Positions 40,855 to 52,403 of a stretch of DNA of 64,000 nt are shown one piece after another. The position numbers were made by a program, and so were the translations under genes. Location of the stretch: NCBI GenBank assembly GCA_003221655.1, contig QHSV01000236.1, positions 1,041 to 65,040 on the forward strand. The letters are read 5' to 3'. Numbering within the stretch: position 1 is the stretch's first letter; each line of letters begins with the position of its first letter. The notes below the pieces were generated by a model. It was not told where the DNA came from and did no database searches. It saw only the letters and a list, made by a program, of their open reading frames with translations. The stretch is from Candidatus Rokuibacteriota bacterium (GTDB taxonomy: Bacteria > Methylomirabilota > Methylomirabilia > Rokubacteriales > CSP1-6).

Positions 40855-42468
40855 TCAGGTATCGTCGCCGTACACGACCCGCTCGCCGAGCTCGTCGTCC
40901 TGGATCATCTGGGCGAGCCGCGAGTGCTGGATCTTGCCGCTGGAGGTCTTCGGAATCGTGCTCGACCGGACGAGGATGACGCGCGCCGGCCGATGGCCAA
41001 GCGCCTTGTGGACGCGGCGCGTGATCTCCCGGACGATTTCGTGGTAGTCGTCGGGTGACGCGCTCTCGCTCCGCACCTCGACGACGACGTGGAGCCGCTG
41101 CGTGCCCGTCCGCTCGCTGTCGATGCCGACCGCGGCGGAATAGCGCACACCGTCCACGCGATCGACCACCTCTTCGATGTCGGCCGGGATCACGTTCACG
41201 CCGCCGAGGATGATGAGATCCTTGAGACGGCCCGTCACGTAGAGAAAGCCTTCGGTGTCGACGAACCCGAGGTCGCCGGTCCTGAGCCAGCCGCCGGGCA
41301 TGAGCACCTTCGCGGTCTCGCCGGGATTGTTGTAGTAACCCTGCATGACCCCGGCGCTCCTGACGCAGATCTCACCCTCCACGCCCACCGGGCGCTCCGC
41401 GGCAGGCGCCTCGTCGCGGGGCGCCAGGATCCGCACCGAGACGCCTCGGCACGGCTGGCCGACCGAGAGGAACCGCCCGCTCGTGTCGAGCCTGAGCGGC
41501 GCGCCCCGCGGCCAGATGGCGACCGCCAGCGTCGCCTCGGCGAGACCGTAGCAGGGCGAGATGACGCGCTTGATAGCGAAGTGCGACTCGAACGCCTCGA
41601 TCGTGGAGGGGCGCACGGGCTCGGCGCCGGAGAGCGCGGCCTTGAGGCTGCTGAGGTCGAGTCCGGTCGTGTCGCGGACGTTGCGCACGCAATTCCGGTA
41701 GCCGAAGTCGGGCGAGACGGTGAACGTCGCGCGGATCTCCGTGATGAGCGCGAGCCACTGTCTCGGGTTCCGGAGATCGGGCGGCAAGAGCCAGAGCGGC
41801 GTCCCCAGGAGCGGTGGCGTGAAGGCGCAGCCGATGAGGCCCATGTCGTGGTAGAGCGGCAGCCACGACACGACGCGGTCCTCCACGGTGATGCCAGCCG
41901 CCTCTGCCATGAAGTGGATGGTCGACACGACATTCTTGTGGGTGAGCATGACGCCCCGCGGATGGCCGGTGCTTCCCGAGGTGTACTGCAGGAAGGCGAG
42001 GTCCTCCTCCGTCGCCGCGGCGGGCGTCGGGAGCGGCGCATCCACGTCGAGGTCGGGCGGCTCCAGGACGGTGCCCACGTTGGGCGCCAGTGCCCGACTC
42101 TGGTCGACGCCCGCGCGGAACCAGCCGATGGTCGCGACCGCGACCGCCTCGGAGTCGCGGAAGATGTTGGCAGTTGTCTCCACGCCGAGCGTGGGGTAGA
42201 GCGGCACCGGAACCGCGCCGATCCGCAGGGCGCCGAAGAACGTGTAGAAGAACTCCGCGCACGTCGGGTAGATGAGGCAGACCTTGTCGCCCGCGCCCAC
42301 GCCCGCCCGCGCGAGCCCGGCCGCGTACCGCGCGCTTTGCGTCCATAGCCGCCCGTACGTCACGGTCTCGTCGAAGAGCTGGAAGTATTGCTGGTCGGGC
42401 GAGAGCGCTGCGCGCCGCCGCATCATCTCGGTGAGAGTCGAGGCACCCCTCACGTCATCGTGGACCAT
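40855..42468 (-). CDS. fatty acyl-AMP ligase-like adenylating enzyme
   Basis: LQYTSGSTGHPRG, SWLPLYHDMGLIG, CYGLAEATL, RTGDLG, IPKTSSGKI. GGAGG RBS before ATG 42468. Confidence 0.88.
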   Translation of the reverse strand: MVHDDVRGASTLTEMMRRRAALSPDQQYFQLFDETVTYGRLWTQSARYAAGLARAGVGAGDKVCLIYPTCAEFFYTFFGALRIGAVPVPLYPTLGVETTANIFRDSEAVAVATIGWFRAGVDQSRALAPNVGTVLEPPDLDVDAPLPTPAAATEEDLAFLQYTSGSTGHPRGVMLTHKNVVSTIHFMAEAAGITVEDRVVSWLPLYHDMGLIGCAFTPPLLGTPLWLLPPDLRNPRQWLALITEIRATFTVSPDFGYRNCVRNVRDTTGLDLSSLKAALSGAEPVRPSTIEAFESHFAIKRVISPCYGLAEATLAVAIWPRGAPLRLDTSGRFLSVGQPCRGVSVRILAPRDEAPAAERPVGVEGEICVRSAGVMQGYYNNPGETAKVLMPGGWLRTGDLGFVDTEGFLYVTGRLKDLIILGGVNVIPADIEEVVDRVDGVRYSAAVGIDSERTGTQRLHVVVEVRSESASPDDYHEIVREITRRVHKALGHRPARVILVRSSTIPKTSSGKIQHSRLAQMIQDDELGERVVYGDDT

Positions 42469-42536
42469 TCGCGACTCCTCCATAGTCGTGGGGGGCCCCG
42501 ACATGGCTCCCCCCACCCCCCAACGAGCGGCGCGGG

Positions 42537-44267
42537 CTAGTCAATCCGGGTGCCGAGCGTCGCCAGCGTCGCGTGTGCTTCGCCGTCTCTCAGATAGAGC
42601 ACCGAGACGATGTCCCCGGCCCGGCGGGCGCGGACCAGGCTTCGAAGATCTTCGAGCCCGTCGACGGGAGTCCCGCCGAGGCGGACGATCACGTCGCCAT
42701 CGCGCAGGCCCGCCTGCGCGGCCGCTGTTCCGGGGAGGACGCTCGAGAGCCGAAGACCATCGGCCCCCGGGCGGGGCAGGGCGACGATGCCGAGGAACGC
42801 GCCGCCGGGAGTGCCGACCTGGCGCCGGCTCGGCGGCGGAACCTTCGCGTAGACCGGACGGGCATCCGTCGCGAGACGCTCGATGACGCGTACGGCAACG
42901 GCGGCGACGCGAGCCATGCCGGCCGCGTCGATCTTGTCCGCGGTATCGGTCGGACGGTGGTAGTCCTCGTGGCCCCCGGTGTGGAAGAACAGGACCGGGA
43001 CCCCGGCGTCGTAGAACCGGGTGTGGTCGGAGGGCCCGTGCGGCGAGCCCTGGAGGTCGGCCGTGATCCCTTCCTTCTGTGCCGCCTCGCTCACGAGCGC
43101 CCGCAGCCCGCTGCCGCTGTCGCCGCCGCCCACGTTGAGGCGGCGGGTCCGGAGCCGGCCGACCATGTCGAAGTTCAGCATCGCGACGGTCCGCGTGAGC
43201 GGCACCACCGGCCGGCCCACGTAGTGACGCGAGCCGATCAGGCCCAGCTCTTCGGCGCCGAACAGCGCGACGACGAGCGTGCGGCGCATCCCGCCGGCCG
43301 CCGCGAACGCGCGCGCCAGGCCGAGGGCCACGGCCGTGCCGGAGGCGTTGTCATCCGCGCCGGGGTGGACGACGCCATCGACGCGACCGAGATGATCGTA
43401 GTGCGCGCCGATGACGACGGCTTCGTCGGCGAGCGCCGGGTCGGCGCCGGGCAGGATGCCCACAACGTTCATGCCGCGGACTTCGTCGGACACGATGTCG
43501 ACCCGAATCCGCGCGCGCGCGCCCGTCGCGAATGGCCCGGGCGCGTGCGCCGCGACGAGGGCATTCGCCGCCTCGGTCGTCGTGCGGCCCGCGGCGGCCA
43601 GTACGGCGTCGGCCGCCTCGCGCGTGAGCGCCCCGGACACGAGACCGACTCGGACCGCCGTCGTGTCCGGTGACGGCAGATCGGGACCCGCGAGCAGCAG
43701 TGCGAGGGCCCCGCGGCGCTTCGCCGCGATCAGCTTGTCGAGGCGGCTCACTCGCGCTCCAGCCGGGTGGACCGGCGCCCCGTCCAGCGCGAGCGCGACC
43801 TTGCCGCGGACGTCCACCCCTGCATAATCGTCGTAGCCACTGTCGGGGAGGTCGGCGCCGTAGCCCACGAAGACGACGTCACCGGTGACCTCGCCGCCGA
43901 GCGAGCCGCCGTGCGGGATCCAGTCGCGTCCGAGCTCGAGCCGCCGCGGGGCCGGGCCGGACAGCTCCAGTGCGCTCGCCGGGCCGCCGTGCGACGAGGT
44001 CTCGAGGACGAACGTCTGGAGGAACGATCCCTGGTCGCCGCCCGGACGGAGCCCGGCGGCGGCCAGCGCGTCGGCGATCTGCCGCGCGGCGCGATCGCCG
44101 CCGGCGGTACCCGATCGCCGACCCTCCATCTCGGGCGCGGTCAGCGCGCTCACGGCCTCGGCCAGCTGCTCCGCGGACGGCGGGACGACAGCGGCCCGCG
44201 CGAATACACCGGTCGCCCCGAGCAACAGGGACACCGCCAAGAAGAGAAGCACGCGAGGGCGAGTCAC
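42537..44267 (-). CDS. M28-family aminopeptidase with PA and PDZ domains, exported
   Basis: Signal peptide, GAHYDHLG, GADDNASG, AEELGLIGS, NFDMVG, SDH, YHRPTD, and a C-terminal PDZ (FLGI...GDVI). Confidence 0.92.
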   Translation of the reverse strand: MTRPRVLLFLAVSLLLGATGVFARAAVVPPSAEQLAEAVSALTAPEMEGRRSGTAGGDRAARQIADALAAAGLRPGGDQGSFLQTFVLETSSHGGPASALELSGPAPRRLELGRDWIPHGGSLGGEVTGDVVFVGYGADLPDSGYDDYAGVDVRGKVALALDGAPVHPAGARVSRLDKLIAAKRRGALALLLAGPDLPSPDTTAVRVGLVSGALTREAADAVLAAAGRTTTEAANALVAAHAPGPFATGARARIRVDIVSDEVRGMNVVGILPGADPALADEAVVIGAHYDHLGRVDGVVHPGADDNASGTAVALGLARAFAAAGGMRRTLVVALFGAEELGLIGSRHYVGRPVVPLTRTVAMLNFDMVGRLRTRRLNVGGGDSGSGLRALVSEAAQKEGITADLQGSPHGPSDHTRFYDAGVPVLFFHTGGHEDYHRPTDTADKIDAAGMARVAAVAVRVIERLATDARPVYAKVPPPSRRQVGTPGGAFLGIVALPRPGADGLRLSSVLPGTAAAQAGLRDGDVIVRLGGTPVDGLEDLRSLVRARRAGDIVSVLYLRDGEAHATLATLGTRID

Positions 44268-44297
44268 ACGGGCATCTTACTCCAGCTTTAGCGGGGT

Positions 44298-44804
44298 TTA
44301 TGCCGCTCGCGACTTGACGGAAGCCACTCGGCCACCGGTCATCTGCACGAGGTCGGCGGGCGTCAGCTTGAAGACCGTATTCGGATGACCGCCCGCCGCC
44401 CAGATCTCCGGCCACTGCATCAGATCCTCGTCGATCAGGATCGTCAGCGGCTCGGCATGCGCGACGGGAGCGACGCCGCCGATCGCGAAGCCCGTCCGGG
44501 CCCGCACGAAGTCGGCGTCGGCCCGCGCCACGGGTTCGGCGACCAGCCCGGCCACCCTACGCTCGTCGACGCGGTTCGCGCCGCTCGTGATGACCAGGAC
44601 CGCGCCCTGGGTGTTCTCGCCGCGGAAGACCAGTGACTTCGCGATCTGGTCGACACGGCAGCCGACCGCGCGCGCGGCTTCGGCCGAGGTCCGCGCGGAC
44701 TGCTCGAGGGCGACCACGGTGTGGCCGCCGCCCGCGGCGGCGAGGACGTCCTGAACCCGCCGGACGCTCGGGCCTAGCATCGGGTCCGTCCCTTCATCCG
44801 CCAT
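44298..44804 (-). CDS. YbaK/EbsC aminoacyl-tRNA editing domain protein
   Basis: QIAKSLVF, TGFAIGGVAP, WAAGG. Confidence 0.92.
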   Translation of the reverse strand: MADEGTDPMLGPSVRRVQDVLAAAGGGHTVVALEQSARTSAEAARAVGCRVDQIAKSLVFRGENTQGAVLVITSGANRVDERRVAGLVAEPVARADADFVRARTGFAIGGVAPVAHAEPLTILIDEDLMQWPEIWAAGGHPNTVFKLTPADLVQMTGGRVASVKSRAA

Positions 44805-45538
44805 CAGAGACCGCGGACGGCTCGCGAAACCTCGCCGGGCTCCGGCCTCACCTGAATGCTGTCGGCCAGCGAGAGCCAGCGGACGATCCCCTGCCGGTCG
44901 ATGACGACCGTCGTCGGTCTCGGGACATCCTGCCCTTTATTCCCGCCGCGGGCGTGCACGAGACCGTAGCGCCGCGTCACCGTCAGGTCGCGGTCCGTGA
45001 GGAAGCGGTAGCGCGCCCGAAGCCGCTCGGCGAGCGCCTGGCTCCGCTCGTTCGAGTCGGGACTGATGGCCAGAATTTGCACACCGGCGTCGCCGAGCTC
45101 CGTGAGGACAGCTCCAAGCCCTTGGAGCTCCGAGACGCAGAAGGGTCACCAGTAGCCGCGGTAGAAGACGAGGACGACCGGCGTCCGGTCGCGAAAGGAC
45201 GCGAGGGTGACCGGGGCGCCCGCCGCGTCCGGCAGCGTGAAGTCGGGCGCAGGTTCGCCGACGTGAAGGGCAGGCGCCGTCGTCGGGATCCTCGCGAGCG
45301 CGAAGTTGAAGTAGCCGCCGAGCACGAGCAAGGCCGCCGAGAACACGAGGGCCGCGAGGTTTGGCCAGCGCGCGGCCCGCCACGAGGCAAGCGCCGCGAT
45401 CGCTGTCGCCAGGGCGAAGGCCGTGAGGTAGAGCGCCGGATGGTTGCGGATGACGGGCACCCGCAACAGGGAGACGTAGCCGGCGACGGCGCCGAGCGAG
45501 AGGGCGACGCTCAGAAGCGCCGGCCAGTACCTCGTCAT
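44804..45538 (-). CDS. membrane-anchored AhpC/TSA (peroxiredoxin-like) selenoprotein, UxxC
   Basis: Three N-terminal TM helices, then GEPAPDFTLPD...VVLVFYRGYW-UGA(45146-48)-PFCVSEL...ILAISPD...FLTD...P.TVVIDRQGIVRW, all in one frame. ATG 45538 overlaps the upstream stop and the stop overlaps the ybaK ATG. Confidence 0.88.
45110..45129 (-). promoter_or_regulatory. putative bacterial SECIS hairpin
   Basis: AGCUCCAA-GGGC-UUGGAGCU is a perfect 8-bp stem starting 16 nt after the UGA, with a G-first loop. It is built from A/T-ending codons (CAA, CTT, GGA, GCT) that are atypical here. Confidence 0.75.
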
Positions 45539-46233
45539 CGCCCGAGGACGACCCGGTCGAACGTCTCCGCGTACCCGTAGCCCTTCGACTTGCCGAGCTC
45601 GGCCGAGCGCTCGCGCACGCGCTTCTCGACGGCCGGGAAGTCGGCGAACTGACTCGCGTGGCAGGCCAGAGCCTTGAGCTTCAGATCCATGACGTCGGAG
45701 ATATCGACCACGAGGTGCGGGTTCTCCCACTGCATGAGATGGATCTCGAGCACTTTGTGGGGCTCGTAGTCGGGCATGAGCTCCGGAAACGCCAGGTGGT
45801 CGCGGGCGAGCGGGTACACGCAGTCGAGGGCGACCCCCGCGGTGATCCGGTGGTCGCGGTGGGAGCCGCCGAGGTTGTAGCTACGTTGCGGGTTCATGGC
45901 GATGACGAGGTCCGGGCGCCAGCAGCGGATCTGTCGGGTGACATCACACCGGAGCTCGCGCGTGTCCTCGACCTCGCAGTCGGGATAGCCGAGGAACTCG
46001 ACTCGCGCGACGCCGAGCGTGCGGGCGGCGTTTCGCTGCTCCGCCTCGCGGATCAGGGCCAGGCGCTCGGATGTCATCGTGCGATCGCCCGAGCCCTTGT
46101 CGCCGTTGGTCACGATCACGTACGTGACCTCGCAGCCCTCCTTGACCAGCTTGGCGATGGTCCCGCCGGCCCCGAACTCGGAATCGTCAGGGTGCGCCGT
46201 CACCACCATGACGCGCTCGATCTTCTCGGCCAA
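45535..46233 (-). CDS. PIG-L/LmbE-family deacetylase (BshB/MshB/Mca-like)
   Basis: AHPDDSE, TNGDKG, HRDH, ACHASQ. TTG start with AAGGAG RBS. Confidence 0.92.
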   Translation of the reverse strand: MAEKIERVMVVTAHPDDSEFGAGGTIAKLVKEGCEVTYVIVTNGDKGSGDRTMTSERLALIREAEQRNAARTLGVARVEFLGYPDCEVEDTRELRCDVTRQIRCWRPDLVIAMNPQRSYNLGGSHRDHRITAGVALDCVYPLARDHLAFPELMPDYEPHKVLEIHLMQWENPHLVVDISDVMDLKLKALACHASQFADFPAVEKRVRERSAELGKSKGYGYAETFDRVVLGR

Positions 46234-46245
46234 AAGAGTCTCCTT

Positions 46246-46388
46246 TGTAGCGGGGGCCGTGAGGCCGGATCGGATCGGGGGTGGCCTGACATAGGCGCGA
46301 CCCGGCTCCGTGGCGCCCGCTCAACCGTTAGCTCAACCGTCAAAGGTCGTAGGCGCGACCGGGCTCCGCGGCGCCCGCTCGACCGTTA
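46246..46388. repeat. family-1 dispersed repeat, copy B (unit 46246-46327 plus duplicated module 46350-46388)
   Basis: TGTAGCGGGGGCCGTGAGGCCGG...GGGGTGGCCTGA...GCGACCCGGCTCCG. The module TAGGCGCGACC.GGCTCCG.GGCGCCCGCTC.ACCGTTA repeats with a 58-bp period. Confidence 0.85.
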
Positions 46389-46447
46389 GAGGTTCTTTAC
46401 CAGCATACCGATTCTGGGCGTGGGGGGCGAACGGCTATAATTGCGTG

Positions 46448-48094
46448 ATGTCGATCGCCGCCCCGCGCCGGGTGGGGATCGCGGGCTTGCTCGGGCTCCT
46501 CGCCGGCGCGATCGTCCTGATGCCGGCGCCCGGGAATCCAGGGGCTCTCAGGCTCGCCGGAGTAGGCCTGCTCTGGTGGTACGCGGCTCTCGCCGCGCCA
46601 CTCGCCGCAGTCCTTCTGGTGATCGTCGTTCGGTGTGCGTCTCCCGAGGCTGGAACCGCAGGTGGCTCGGCCGCCCTCGCGGCGTGGACGTCACCGGTGG
46701 TCCTCGCCCTCGTGGCCGCACGCGTTTTCTCGGGGGCGCCGGAGGCGCCGACGATCGCGCTCGCCATCCTCGTGGCCCCGCTGATCGCGCTGCTTTATCC
46801 GGCCACGGACGCAGCGCAGCGACCGAACCGCGTCGCGGCGCTGGGGATCAGCGCCGGCGTCGGATTGGTCCTTTGGGCGAATCTCCTCCTGCTCGCGGAC
46901 GTCGCCGGCTTGCTGGGTCTCCCTCGCTGGGCGACGAGCATCGTCGCGGCATGCGTGGCCCTTCTGGCCGTCGCACTGCTGCGTGGCGACTCCGGCCTCT
47001 GGCTCCTATACGTGAGCGGCCTGGGGTTCGTGGCGTTGGTCACGGTCGTCGCCGTCGCTCTCGCCGCCTCTCCCTGGGGCGCCTGGAAGGACGTCGCGTC
47101 GCGGCCTGCGCTCACGTTCGGAGCGCGCAATCCGTGGGTGACCGAGGGCCGGACGCTAGCCGCGCCGACGACGCTCGAGTTCACGGAGGCTCATCGCGTT
47201 ACGGCGCTGAGCCCCGCCACCTATCGCGTCCTCGAGCCCGGCCGGTTCCGCGAGTGGCGGCTTCGCGCCGGCGAATCGCTGTCGCTCCGGGCAGGCGATC
47301 ATCTGGTGATCGGCGCCGGAGCGCGTTTGATGTTCGAGGCCGGAAAGCGGGTCCCGGGGGCGGCCGCCTCGGGTGCCACGTGGGCCGACCCGCCGGAGCG
47401 GAGCGGACTTTCGACGGTCGTGCATTCGCTGGGCGCCGCGCTCACGCTGGTCGGTGGCGCCGTCGCCCTCGTCGTACCCGAGCGGGCGCTGACGATCCGG
47501 GCTGTCTCCACGGGGTCAGGGCTCGTGCTGGCGTTCGTGCTCGGGGCCCTCTGCCTCGGCGTTTACGGGGCCTACTCGGCCTCCTGGCTCTCCATCGGCG
47601 CGCCCGCGCTCGCGGCCGTCTTCAGCGTCCCGGATGCTGTCGTCCCCGGACGGGCGGGCAGCGCCGTGGCGGTGCTGAGCGCCGTCGTGCTGCTCCTTCT
47701 CCTCTCGGCAACTGTGCTGGCGCTGCGGGGCGTCCTCGGCCGAGCGTGGGGTGAAGCGAGGACCGCGCTGACGGACCCCACCATGGCATTCCTCGTCGTC
47801 GCCGCCTCCATCGGCAGCCTGTGGCCGGGCGACGCATCGCGAGCCCTCCTGGCCGGACTCGGGCTGACCGCGTCGGCCGCCGTCGCGCCCCGTGTCGCGG
47901 GCGACAGCCCGGAGGCCCGGCTGGCGGGTTCGCTGGTCGGCGTGATCGCGTTCGCCGGTCTCTCCGTGCTCGGGCCGCGCCTGCCGGCGTGGGCCGACAT
48001 TGTGTGGACATACCCCGCGCTGGCCGCGGCGCCCCTCGCATGGGTGGTAGTGCGAGCGGAGACCGTGCGACGGGCGAGGCGAGCACTTCAATGA
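46448..48094 (+). CDS. polytopic membrane protein, possibly a divergent solute:sodium symporter-like protein
   Basis: Many hydrophobic segments with a central soluble loop. TATAAT (46436-41) lies just before the ATG, suggesting a leaderless transcript. Confidence 0.7.
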   Translation: MSIAAPRRVGIAGLLGLLAGAIVLMPAPGNPGALRLAGVGLLWWYAALAAPLAAVLLVIVVRCASPEAGTAGGSAALAAWTSPVVLALVAARVFSGAPEAPTIALAILVAPLIALLYPATDAAQRPNRVAALGISAGVGLVLWANLLLLADVAGLLGLPRWATSIVAACVALLAVALLRGDSGLWLLYVSGLGFVALVTVVAVALAASPWGAWKDVASRPALTFGARNPWVTEGRTLAAPTTLEFTEAHRVTALSPATYRVLEPGRFREWRLRAGESLSLRAGDHLVIGAGARLMFEAGKRVPGAAASGATWADPPERSGLSTVVHSLGAALTLVGGAVALVVPERALTIRAVSTGSGLVLAFVLGALCLGVYGAYSASWLSIGAPALAAVFSVPDAVVPGRAGSAVAVLSAVVLLLLLSATVLALRGVLGRAWGEARTALTDPTMAFLVVAASIGSLWPGDASRALLAGLGLTASAAVAPRVAGDSPEARLAGSLVGVIAFAGLSVLGPRLPAWADIVWTYPALAAAPLAWVVVRAETVRRARRALQ

Positions 48095-48152
48095 TCGGCC
48101 AGCGAGCACGGAATGTTGCCGCGGCCTCGCGACGCTGACACAATAGGTCCCC

Positions 48153-50966
<2,814 letters not shown>

Positions 50967-50969
50967 CGC

Positions 50970-52403
50970 ATGCGCCGGACCAAGATCGTTTGCACGATCG
51001 GTCCCTCGAGCCGCAGCATCGCCGAGCTCGATCGCTTGGTCGGAGCTGGCCTGGACGTCGCCCGCCTCAACTTTTCGCATGGCACGCACGACGAGCATGC
51101 GGAGGTTCTCCGGCGGCTCCGTGAGGGCGAGGCGCGATGGGGCCGCCCGGTCGCCATCCTTCAGGACTTGCAGGGGCCGAAGATCAGACTGGGAACGTTT
51201 GGCCCGGGTGGGGGCGCCCGCGTCGACCTCGAGCCGGGCCGGACGTTCACCCTCTACGCCCGTCCGGTCGAGGGCACCGCGGAGCGGGCCTCGCTCACCC
51301 ATCCGGAGTATTTGAAAGACCTGCGGTCCGGCGACGAGATCTGGATGGACGACGGGATGATCCAGCTCCGCGTCGAAGCGGTGTCGCCGGACGACGTGCG
51401 GTGCCGCGTGGTCGTCGGCGGACGCATCAGCGATCACAAAGGGCTCTCGCTGCCGCGGATCACGCTGCCGGTGTCCTGCCTGACGCCGAAGGACCGCGAC
51501 GACCTGCGCTTCGGTCTCCGCCAGGGGGTGGACTTCGTCGCGGTCTCGTTCGTCCGGTCGGCCGAGGACATCGAAGAGGTGCGGAGCTTTCTGCGGGCCG
51601 AGGCCGCCGGGGACCTGCCGATCGTCGCGAAGCTCGAGCGTCACGAGATCCTCGGCAATCTCCCGGGCATCTTGAACAAGGTGGACGCGGTCATGGTCGC
51701 GCGCGGCGACCTCGGCGTCGACGTGCCGATCGAGGACGTGCCCCATATCCAGAAGGAGATCATTCGCCAGGCGCGCGACGCGAAGGTCCCGGTGATCGTC
51801 GCGACCCAGATGCTGGAGTCGATGGTCACGCATCTGCGGCCCACGCGTGCCGAGGTCTCGGACGTCTCGACGGCGATCTTCGACGGCGCCGACGCGATCA
51901 TGCTGTCCGCCGAGACCGCCACCGGGCGGTATCCCGGCGAGGCGGTCTCCGTCATGGCGCGGATCGCCGAGCGCGCCGACGGCGCGATGCTGGCCGTTGA
52001 ACGGGAGCGGCGGCGGCGGCCGGGCGGGAGCTTCCAGGAGGCCATCTCCGACGCGGCGGCGACGGCCGCGCACATGCTCGGCGCGCGCGCCATCGTGGCG
52101 TTCACCGAGTCGGGCTTCTCGGCCCGCCTCATCTCGCAGGCCCGGCCGGGCGTGCCGATCATTGCGCTGACGCCGTTCGTCGAGGTGCAGCGGCGGCTGG
52201 CGCTTTCGTGGGGCGTCTCCTCCCGTCTCATCCGAAAGGTCGAGTCGACCGACGAGATGATCGAGGAGGTCGAAGCGACGCTGCTGAGCAACGGCTCGGT
52301 GCGCCCCAACGACGTGATCGTCATCATCTCCGGATCGCCCATGTGGGTCCGGGGAACGACCAATCTATTGAAGCTCCACCGGGTGGGCGAGCGCCGCGCG
52401 TGA
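50970..52403 (+). CDS. pyk: pyruvate kinase
   Basis: TKIVCTIGP, ARLNFSHG, DLQGPKIR, MVARGDLG, ATQMLESM, MLSAETA. Confidence 0.97.
   Translation: MRRTKIVCTIGPSSRSIAELDRLVGAGLDVARLNFSHGTHDEHAEVLRRLREGEARWGRPVAILQDLQGPKIRLGTFGPGGGARVDLEPGRTFTLYARPVEGTAERASLTHPEYLKDLRSGDEIWMDDGMIQLRVEAVSPDDVRCRVVVGGRISDHKGLSLPRITLPVSCLTPKDRDDLRFGLRQGVDFVAVSFVRSAEDIEEVRSFLRAEAAGDLPIVAKLERHEILGNLPGILNKVDAVMVARGDLGVDVPIEDVPHIQKEIIRQARDAKVPVIVATQMLESMVTHLRPTRAEVSDVSTAIFDGADAIMLSAETATGRYPGEAVSVMARIAERADGAMLAVERERRRRPGGSFQEAISDAAATAAHMLGARAIVAFTESGFSARLISQARPGVPIIALTPFVEVQRRLALSWGVSSRLIRKVESTDEMIEEVEATLLSNGSVRPNDVIVIISGSPMWVRGTTNLLKLHRVGERRA

Noticed and set aside
42485-42525. GGGGGGCCCCGACATGGCTCCCCCC hairpin upstream of the FAAL-like gene
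   Set aside because: There is a single copy in the window and no U-tract, so it cannot be called a repeat or terminator. It also makes the track start at 42516 doubtful.
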